DNA from: an uncultured Acidobacteriota bacterium
GTDB taxonomy: Bacteria; Acidobacteriota; Thermoanaerobaculia; Multivoradales; DATKCC01
NCBI GenBank assembly: GCA_963739795.1
Contig: CAVUBL010000010.1
Coordinates: 410,798 to 474,797, forward strand
Direction: 5' to 3'
Length of the DNA: 64,000 bases
The translations under genes were made by a program, and so were the position numbers. Of this stretch, positions 41,533-49,559 are shown in pieces. The notes beneath the pieces are model-generated. The model was not told where the DNA came from. It saw nothing but the letters and a program-made list of their open reading frames with translations, and searched no databases. Every line of letters starts with the position of its first letter. The stretch's first letter is position 1.

Positions 41533-41671
41533 CAGTGCTCCCGACGACGAACAACAACACCCGAAACCCGATGTTGTCGTTGCGGTTCTCGGGATGGTTG
41601 TTGTTGCGGTAGGCCGCGCGCAGGTTCCTCGGGTTGTTGTTGAACGAGCCGCCCCGCAAAACCCGCGACGC
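41533..41671 (-). repeat. DGR template repeat TR
   Basis: 139 nt, 10 in-frame AAC codons ([32 protein letters not shown]); non-coding location. Confidence 0.95.
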
Positions 41672-41734
41672 TGTGCCGGCTGACCGCGGAGACGGTATCA
41701 CGGCACCGCTCGGCGCTTGCAGGATTCGCGGCGC

Positions 41735-41753
41735 GCCCGCGCACGGCGCGGGC
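41735..41753. other. Hairpin/cruciform downstream of VR1
   Basis: GCCCGCGC-acg-GCGCGGGC, 13 nt past the stop codon. Confidence 0.75.
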
Positions 41754-41766
41754 CAAAGGGACGAGA

Positions 41767-44700
41767 TCACAGTCCTCCCGACGACGAACAACAAACCCGA
41801 AACCCGAAGTTGTCGAAGCGGCCCTCGGGATGGACGCCGTCGCGGTAGGCCGCGCGCAGGTACCTCGGGAGGCAGATGAACGAGCCGCCCCGCAAAACCC
41901 GCGACGCGCCCGAGGGCGGTCCGGTCGGGTCCTCCTCGTCTTCCGGGGGGTAGTTCCCGAACCAGTCGGCGCACCACTCCCAGACGTTCCCGGCCAGGTC
42001 GTGGAGCCCCTCCGGCGTGGCTCCCAGGGGATAGATCCCGACCGGTGTGGGGCGCCCGACGTTCCAGGCGAAGTTCGCATGGAGGGAATCCGGCTCCTCT
42101 TCTCCCCAGGGGTAGCGTCGGCCTTCCAGGCCTCGAGCAGCCAGCTCCCACTCGGCCTCGGTCGGCAGGCGCCCGCCCGCCCAGCGGCAGAAGGCGTCCG
42201 CCTCGTACCAGGAGACGTAGGTCACCGGGCGGTTCGGGTGCCGGAGCTGGTCGTTCCAGGAGTCCGGGCTCGTGTATCCCTCTCGCTCCCGCCAGGTCCA
42301 CCCTTCCGGGTCCCAGCTCCTGGGGTCGAGGTACCCCTCGTCGCCCGCCTCGACGAACCTCCGGTACTCCTGGACCGTCACCGGGTAGCGCCCGAGGACG
42401 AAGGGGCTCACGGTGACGCGGCGGACCGGGGATTCGTCGCCGAAGGCGTCCGGGTCGTAGCCAGGGCCAGGGGCCTCGGAGTCCGCCGTCTGGGCGCCCC
42501 TCCAGAAGGTGCCGCCGGGGATCGCCACCCGGTTCTCCTCCGGCTTCGCCAGACGCGGGTCCCCGGCCTGGCCGAGGGCCTCGCCCACGTCCACGCGAAC
42601 GGCTTCCTCGACGACCTCTTCGCCTTCCGCAGGAGGCTTGAAGATCGTGATGGCGTTCTCGAGGGCGGTCGAGTATGCGGTGCCCGCGGCGGGGTCACCG
42701 CCGTAGGGTTTGAGGTCCACGAGAATCCGGCCTACCAGGCCCACGGCCCGGGCCTCGCTCACCCGGTCGGTGCCGGTCGCGAGGATCTTCTCGAGGAGTC
42801 GCCGGGTGGCCCGCCGCCCGTCCAGGTGGCACAGGCACCCTGCCAGCAGCAGGACCACCTCGCTCCAGCGGTCGTCGTAGAGCCGGCCGTCCTTGGAGAG
42901 GACGTCCCAGTATTGGCCGTCGGTCTTGAGCTCGCGGGCCGCCAGATACTCCTGGAAGGAGAGATGCCAGAACTCGACCTCCCCCTCGGTGTGGCTCACC
43001 ACGATGCCACTCTCGAGCGCTTCGGCTTCGAGGAACGCCCGGCCCTCGGCCTCTCCGGTCTCGAGAACGGGGGCCACGGCTCGGCTCGCCTCGGGCAGGC
43101 CCAGGGAACGCTGGACGCCCTCTGGATCGGTGAACATGTCGAGGGCCAGGGCCTGGAGGGCCTCCTGCCGCTGGCTCGTCGTGAAGGCGAAGTGGTCCTT
43201 GTGGGAGTCCAGGAGATAGGAGATCGCCACCTCGTAGAGCTCGTTGCGGCATTCCGGGAGCTTCTTCTGGTTCCAGTGGACGACCGCGAGCATGGTGAGC
43301 ATCAGGGGGCTCTCGGTCATGGGGCCCACGTCCTCGTGGGAGCGGATGGCCTCGAGGAGCTCGGCCTCGTACTCCGCCGCCTCCCGGCTGGCGTCGGGGC
43401 CGGCGCCCGCACCCTCCGACCCCGGGTCCCGGACCTGGAAGAGGGCGCGGCTCCAGCCGCGGATGAAGGTCGCCACCTGGTCATCGTCGAAGGGCGCCAA
43501 GGGATAGGCGGGCAGGCCGCCGAGGTGCGCGAGCCGCTGATAGGCCCGGGTGCGGCAGGTGATGAGGTGGCGGTTGGGGCGGTCGGTGGAGCCGGTGGCC
43601 ACCAGCTCGTCGACGATGGCGGCGACCCGGGTGCGGAGCGCCCCAGGCACCTCGTCGAGGCCGTCCAAGAGGAGGAAGCAGCCGCCCGAGGTGACACGGC
43701 GGCGCAGGTAGCCCTCCGACAGGCCGAGGTTTCGGCCCTGGAGGTCGAAGTCCAGGTACCGAAGCAGGTGGTCGGGGGCGTCTTCGGGGCAGGAATCGTT
43801 CGGCTGGTCGGCCAGGAACCGGGCGAAGCTGGAAAGGTAGACGAGGACCGGGAAGGGGATCTCCTCGGCGGTGGTGGCGTCGAGGCCCAGCTCGCGGGTC
43901 GCCAGTCTCGGGTCCCTGGTGAGGAGCGACCGGGCCAGGACCTGCGCCGCGAAGCGGAGGAAGGTGGTCTTGCCCGACCCCGGGTCGCCGATGAGGACGG
44001 CGTGCGGCGAGCGGCTGAGGGCCTCGGGAAGCTCGAGGTGCCGCTCCCGGCGGAGATCCTCCTCGATGGGCTCGTGCTGCCGCCCTTCGGGTCCGACGCC
44101 GGCCACTCGAAGGCGGGTGTAGACGCGATCGAGCGGAAGGCGCTCGGCGACCTGAGCGCCCATACCCCGGATCTTGACGTAGGAGTTGCGGCTCTCGACG
44201 GCCTGGAGGTAGCGGGTGGGGTCGGGACCTGCCGGTCGCCGCGTGCCCTCCGACCCCCAGGCTCACCACTTCCTGGGCCACCTTCGGGCCGGTGGCCTGC
44301 GATCTGTCGGCGAGCTCCTCCACCAGCTCCAGCAGCCGCTTCGCCACGTCCTCCCAGGCCTTGTCCTCGTTCCCCCACTCGGGGTCCGTCACGGCGAGGC
44401 CGTTCGTGGGAAGGGCCTGGAGCTTGCCGAACGGAGCGGTCTGCCAGTTCCCCGTCGGCCGGACGATCACCGGCACCACCCGGGCCTCGCCTCTTCGCCT
44501 CCCGCTCCAGCGCCCGCTTCATCTCCCGGCCCCAGATGAACTCCGAGGCGATGAAGTCGTCGCTCACCAGGAAGAGGATGAGGTTCGCCCGCTCCAGCTC
44601 TTCCGCGATCCCCTCCTCCCAGCGGTCGCCGGGGAGGAGCTTGCGGTCGGTCCAGGTGTCGATCAGGCCCTGGCGCTCCAGGAGCTTGAGCGCCTTCTCG

Positions 44701-44774
44701 AGGCGGATCCGGTGCCGGTCGTCGGCGTGCGAGTAGCTGAAGAAGACCCGGACGGGTGGACGTTCGTCGCTCAA
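41767..44774 (-). CDS. DGR target 1: TIR-NACHT(STAND)-FGE-sulfatase/CLec protein (indels near 44500 and 44225)
   Basis: [35 protein letters not shown] (TIR); [28 protein letters not shown] (NACHT); FGE motifs; ends in VR1. Confidence 0.88.
41770..41907 (-). repeat. DGR variable repeat VR1
   Basis: 138 nt; 16 substitutions versus TR in the variable core, all at TR adenines. Confidence 0.93.
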
Positions 44775-45084
44775 GAGATTCCTCCGATGGAGTGGAAGCT
44801 ACCACCCTGAGTGGTGGGAACCACCTGGCCGTTTCGCATCAAGCCGGCGGGCGCCGGAGCTCGGCCGGGAGATTTCCACAGGGAGCTTCGGAGCGGCGCC
44901 GTGGCAGAACCGGCACTCCGGCGGGCATGGCCGGGGTGAGCCCAGGGATGTCGGTCATGGTCCCGACTCCAGGCACGAAACGAAGAGCGATCGTCACGCC
45001 GAGGCGCCGATCGAGGGCGGCGGGGGCGTTGCCCAAAGGACCCGGCGCGGGAGGGCAGCCGTGCAGTCGACGCACCTCCGCTCC

Positions 45085-45720
45085 ACTCAAGTGGACGGTG
45101 AGGGCGAAGTACACGGCCAGCGGTACGCCGTTGAGTCGCGCGGGCCGAACCACCGACGGCGGATCGCTTGAGGGCACTGTAACTAGCGTCGCCTGTCGAG
45201 GGCCTCCGGAACGCCGCGGTTGGATACCTGCCCGTGCATGGCGATCATCGTCTCTACGTCGACGCGTCCGCGGACCGCGAAGAACTGAGTGCCGAATGGA
45301 AACTTCTCAGGTAGTCGGGCGTACCCGTGGGTCGAGTGAGCTTGCCGGGTGGCGAGGCGTGAACCGACACCGCCTCGCCGTCCGCGAGCAGCGTGGGCCG
45401 GGCCTCACGGAGCGGGTTCGCGGCGAGCAGGCTCCCCGGATCGCCGAACTGCCGAGGACCTCGCTCGCCAACGAGGAGTCAAGTTGAGCGCCACGTGCCA
45501 GTCCCAGATCGTCGCTTCCGGGCGACGAGACCGGCCTCGCTAGAGGACGGTGAATCAAGAAGATGCCGAGAACCTGACTAGCCAACCGCCCTGGGCCGAG
45601 GCGCTCGACCATCTCGTCGAAGAGCGGCTCAGATTTCATCTGTCCGCGTGTAATCGCGGGCCAGGAGGGCTTGCTCGCCTTCCTGATCGAGGTCCTCCAG
45701 CGCTTGCGGCGGTCCCGGGC
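45085..45720 (-). pseudogene. Degraded TonB C-terminal-domain gene
   Basis: Fragments GRVDVETMI..GQV and RPARLNGVPLAVYFALTVHL in different frames. Confidence 0.35.
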
Positions 45721-45964
45721 GCGGAGGGCTCCCGGGAAGATGGTGGGTAGGAGCGCGAACGTTGTCCACACGCGATCCACGAGACCCTCCCAAGCCGACG
45801 CTAGGCAGGAGACAAGAGTGTCCTGTCCCGGGCGGGAGAGATGGCGGTCTCGGGCCGCCCTGGCTCGCTTGGGGATTCGGTGGACCGTCGCCTCCGAGCT
45901 GTCGCGCCAGGATCCCCCCGAGGCTCGAGTTGAGCCGCCCGCCGCCTGGTATCATCGGCAGAGA

Positions 45965-46213
45965 ATGAAGCCGCCGCCACCAGCGCTCTCTGGTTCGGGC
46001 GTGTCCCCGACTCCGGTTCGCGGTGTCTCTCACTCGCGGGACGACGAGAGCCTCGAAGCGAAGGCGCGATGGTTCCAATCGCTCTCCGTCGAAGAGCGGA
46101 TGGCGTATCTCGTCGAGCTCACTGAGCTGGCCCTCCAGAACAACCCCCGCATCGCCGAGTCCAAGGATGCTCCAGCGGCTTCAGGGCGTGTTCGCGTCCT
46201 TACGCTCCCATGA
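45965..46213 (+). CDS. Small protein paired with the nucleotidyltransferase (putative TA partner)
   Basis: KARWFQSLSVEERMAYL; overlaps the downstream NTase; duplicated at 33.0 kb. Confidence 0.55.
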   Translation: MKPPPPALSGSGVSPTPVRGVSHSRDDESLEAKARWFQSLSVEERMAYLVELTELALQNNPRIAESKDAPAASGRVRVLTLP

Positions 46214-46622
46214 CGTCGAATACCTGGTGATCGGCGGAATCGCCGCCGTTCTCCACGGGGTGCCGCGGGCGACGTTCGATCTCGACATCCTCATCCGGCC
46301 GGACCTCGAGAACGCCCGGCGACTCCTCCAGGCATTGCTCGCGGCAGGACTGGCCACCGCGGACCTGACGACGCCCGAGGAAGTTCTGGCCAACGAGATC
46401 ACCATCTTTCAGGACCGCGTCCGCATCGACGTCCAGACGTCGACGCCGGGCCTCGACTTCGAGACGGCCTGGCGGCGGCGGGAGACCATGGACTACCAAG
46501 GGGAGCCATTCTTTGTGGTGTCCCGCAAGGACCTGGTGGCCTCGAGGCGAGCCGCCGGGCAGGACGTGGATCTTCAGGACGCGGAGATGCTCGAAAGCGC
46601 CGGCGAGGACGAGGACGCCTGA
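46167..46622 (+). CDS. Minimal nucleotidyltransferase (DUF6036/MNT-like)
   Basis: YLVIGGIAAVLHGVPRATFDLDILI, RIDV and AAGQDVDLQD motifs. Confidence 0.8.
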   Translation: MLQRLQGVFASLRSHDVEYLVIGGIAAVLHGVPRATFDLDILIRPDLENARRLLQALLAAGLATADLTTPEEVLANEITIFQDRVRIDVQTSTPGLDFETAWRRRETMDYQGEPFFVVSRKDLVASRRAAGQDVDLQDAEMLESAGEDEDA

Positions 46623-46724
46623 CGGTAAGGCGGCGGCCCCGGCTCTGGGTCTTCGGGGCCTGGCCGGCGGTGGGGCGGCGAGGTGGTTCAGGGAGAAGAG
46701 CCTGGCAGCCCCCCCTGGGCGGCC

Positions 46725-47186
46725 CTACAGAGGCACCTCGCTCCATCGGAAGGTGGGGACGAAGCGCTCCAGATGTCGCACGTTCTCGGTGACGACAGAG
46801 CCGCCGACGGCAATCGCTTGAGCGGCGAGGATGGCGTCGCCGTCGAGTGCCTCCGGCGCCGCGGTGGGGCGCCCACTGTGGCGAGCCTCGGCCCACAGGC
46901 CGGCAGCTCGTCGGAGCGTGGACGTGTCAAGGCTCAGGTAATCGAGCGTCTCGGTGAGTCGGTCGAGGCGCTGTAGGCTCCGAGTCGTGGACCGCCCGCT
47001 GCGAAGGGCAACGTGCAGCAGACCTCGCCGGACCTCGTAGTCGACGATCTCGGGAAGGCAGATCACGATGGAGTGAGCCCCCTCGAGTAGTAGTTGCGTG
47101 AGCCACGCAGCCACGGGATGGTTCGCCTCGCGGGCTGGATGGCACAGCCTCGAGACGACCGTCGAGTCGAGAAGGAGAACCGTCAC
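46725..47186 (-). CDS. vapC: PIN-domain (VapC-like) toxin
   Basis: LLLDSTVV, IVDYEVRRG, DGDAILAAQA and TENVRH acidic tetrad. Confidence 0.85.
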   Translation of the reverse strand: MTVLLLDSTVVSRLCHPAREANHPVAAWLTQLLLEGAHSIVICLPEIVDYEVRRGLLHVALRSGRSTTRSLQRLDRLTETLDYLSLDTSTLRRAAGLWAEARHSGRPTAAPEALDGDAILAAQAIAVGGSVVTENVRHLERFVPTFRWSEVPL

Positions 47187-47374
47187 TCAGGACAACGCAC
47201 GCCGAGGGTGGGGAGCTCTTCCTCGAGGAGGGGCCAGATTTCATCGTCGTAGCCAGTCGGGTCTTGCTCCCACTTCCGGAGGAGGTCGGCTGCTCGGCGA
47301 TACCGGCGCACGCGATCCCGCTCCGCCGGTTCGGCGGTGACTGGTTCCTGGGGAGAAGTGATGCTCGTCTTCAT
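47183..47374 (-). CDS. Putative VapB-type antitoxin (63 aa)
   Basis: Small acidic ORF overlapping the PIN start. Confidence 0.55.
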   Translation of the reverse strand: MKTSITSPQEPVTAEPAERDRVRRYRRAADLLRKWEQDPTGYDDEIWPLLEEELPTLGVRCPE

Positions 47375-47798
47375 GGTCTCGGCGGGAACTAAGTGGACCT
47401 TCCGAGTGTAGCAGAGCTTCGGAGCGAGACCCGGCCCCGGGTCAGAAGCACCTGGCACGACACCCAGGTGCGGGAGGAAGCTCGCGGAGAGCTCAAGGAC
47501 GCGGCGCGGAGGGTCGGCCAGGTGATCGGCGTTCGCTCGCTCGTGGCGCAGGCGGCGCCGGGGATCGGCACGGCGCTCGGGCTGGTGCGGATCGCTCGGC
47601 GGGTGGTGCGGCAGATGGAGCTGGATCGGGGGGGTGGGCGGGAGCGGTGACGGGGGACACCGGCCGCCCGCCGCCCTATTGCGCATTCGCAAGCCAGGCC
47701 CAGAAGCACCTGGCACACCCTCCGGCGAGCTCGAGGAGAACGGCGTTCACCTGGAGGCCGTCGAGGGGCAGCGCCTTTCTACCCCTCTGGGGAGAGCT

Positions 47799-47906
47799 TC
47801 AGCCAGCCGGACCCAGGACGAACCGCGCTCGCTCCCGCCGGAGCATTGCGTAGGGCGTCATGTGCTTCACACCGAGCCCGATGCAGGCGTCCAGGAGGTA
47901 GGCCAT
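47799..47906 (-). pseudogene. DUF4411 (PIN-like) gene with large internal in-frame deletion
   Basis: 35 aa MAYLLDA|CIGLGVKHMTPYAMLRRERARFVLG matches my recollection of the DUF4411 N- and C-termini joined; TGATG-coupled to the peptidase gene. Confidence 0.65.
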
Positions 47907-49051
47907 CAGAAGCCCACTCCGAGGCTCTGGCCCAACTGGTGGAACGTCGCCATCTTCTTGACGCCCAGCAGGCGGAACGATTCGGTGAACGAGGTCCGTC
48001 CTTCCAGCGTGCTGGTGACCATGGCCCGGGCAAAGCGCTTGCTGACGCGGGCCGGGAGGGTGAGGTAGAAGTTGCCGCCGGAGCCCCGGGGCATGCCGCG
48101 CAGGCGGGCCAGCTCCTCCTCGTAAGCCGACCAGAGCTCAGGCCGGCTCAGGCCACCGGCGTCGTGGATACGGCGAAGGACGACCAGGGTGCTCACCTTG
48201 AAGCGCCGAGCCAGGCGGGCGAGCTCGCTCCGCAGTGGGGCCTTTGCGTCGTACTCGGAGCGCACGAGCTCGAGCGGAGCCAGGAGCTCGGCGGCGACGC
48301 GGTTGCACCAACGTTCGGTCGTCTGGTCCGGAACCGCGACGGCTTGGGCATCGGACACCGCGGACTGACCCAGCCACAGATGCGCGAGCTCGTGGGCGAG
48401 GGTGAACATCTGCGCCGCCTTGGTGTCGGCGCCGTTGATGAAGACCAGGGGCGCGAGCGGATCGCTGAGGGCGAATCCTCGGAACTCGTCCGGGTCCAGG
48501 TGGCGGTGGGTGTTGCTCCCGACGACTCCGCTCACCATCACCAAGATGCCGAGGTCGTCGGCCTGGGCGATGAAGCGGCGGAGCGCCTCCGTCCAAGTGG
48601 AGAGGCGGCGGCGCTCCTCGACGTCGAAGGCCAGGGCGCCTCGGATGGCTGCGGCGGTGGCCACGACGTCGTCTCCAAGTCCCGCCGAGCCGGTGAATCC
48701 GAGCGGTCTCTCCCCCACCGAGCGCGCGAAGTCGCGGAACCAGTCCTGGCGCTGCTGGCAGAGGTAGATCGTGTCGAGGAGGTCCGGGCTGGGACGCCCG
48801 AAGCCGGCGCTGGCGACGGTGCGGAAGTCCGGGATCGGGACTTCCTCGGCCGGCGGCTCGGGCAGGAACAGAAAGCCGATCGGGGTGAAAGTCGCCCTGG
48901 CGAAGCGTTCGAGCTGCTTGAGGGTGGGAAGCCGTTCACCGCGTTCCCAGGCGTCGAGCTTCGGGAAGCGCCTACCGAGCGCATCGACGCTCAAGCCGCT
49001 GCGCTCGCGGGCCCAGCGGAGCAGCTCGGGCTTCACCTCTACACGGTTCAT
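47906..49051 (-). CDS. HTH + ImmA/IrrE-family Zn metallopeptidase
   Basis: N-terminal XRE HTH (LRWARERSG..PTLKQLE); FTLAHELAHLW HExxH. Confidence 0.9.
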   Translation of the reverse strand: MNRVEVKPELLRWARERSGLSVDALGRRFPKLDAWERGERLPTLKQLERFARATFTPIGFLFLPEPPAEEVPIPDFRTVASAGFGRPSPDLLDTIYLCQQRQDWFRDFARSVGERPLGFTGSAGLGDDVVATAAAIRGALAFDVEERRRLSTWTEALRRFIAQADDLGILVMVSGVVGSNTHRHLDPDEFRGFALSDPLAPLVFINGADTKAAQMFTLAHELAHLWLGQSAVSDAQAVAVPDQTTERWCNRVAAELLAPLELVRSEYDAKAPLRSELARLARRFKVSTLVVLRRIHDAGGLSRPELWSAYEEELARLRGMPRGSGGNFYLTLPARVSKRFARAMVTSTLEGRTSFTESFRLLGVKKMATFHQLGQSLGVGF

Positions 49052-49559
49052 CGTTCTCCTTCGCCTTTAGAGCTGGAACGGGCCTCTCGATCGACTCAAG
49101 CTACGACGCGCGGGACCTCGTCTGGATCGACACGAGAGGAGGTCCGGGAAGGGGTGACTGGCGAGGGCGCTGTGGAGGGAGGGGCCACCGCCCACGCGGC
49201 TGGGTGCTTGAGGCGAGCCAGTTGCCAGGGGTTTGTGAAGGAGGGCAGAGCTGTATGGGAGGGGAGGGTGGGTGAGCAGCTGCGCTGCTAGGAGGGGGGG
49301 TTTGGAGAGGTAGCGAGGGCAGTGCTGAGGAGGGTGGTAGGCGCTGCAGGGGTTTGGGATGGGATGGGGGTAGGCGCTGGGGATGGAGCAGCTTCAGTAT
49401 AGCGGGAGCGCTCGCGCTAGGTGCGGTGACTTCACCGGTAAGCAAGTGGATGTGCACGCTGCAGCGTGCCATCGAGGAGCTGGATCGCGGGGGAAGGTGG
49501 GGGCGGTGGGGTGGGGATCCCCGCGGGTTTAGCGCAGTTGCGGGAAGCGGGCTTCAGCT

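Larger units (their letters stand above)
37722..44774 (-). mobile_element. Diversity-generating retroelement: target1(VR1)-TR-avd-RT-target2(VR2)
   Basis: RT + Avd + AAC-rich TR + two VRs with adenine-restricted mismatches + downstream hairpins. Confidence 0.95.

Noticed and set aside
41280-41760. ORFs running through the TR (part of 39953..42301 and 41385..42080)
   Set aside because: The TR translates like the VR by construction; no start context, and it is best explained as non-coding template RNA.
37758-41907. TR/VR and NTase repeats as a CRISPR array
   Set aside because: No regularly spaced short repeats with unique spacers, and no cas genes.
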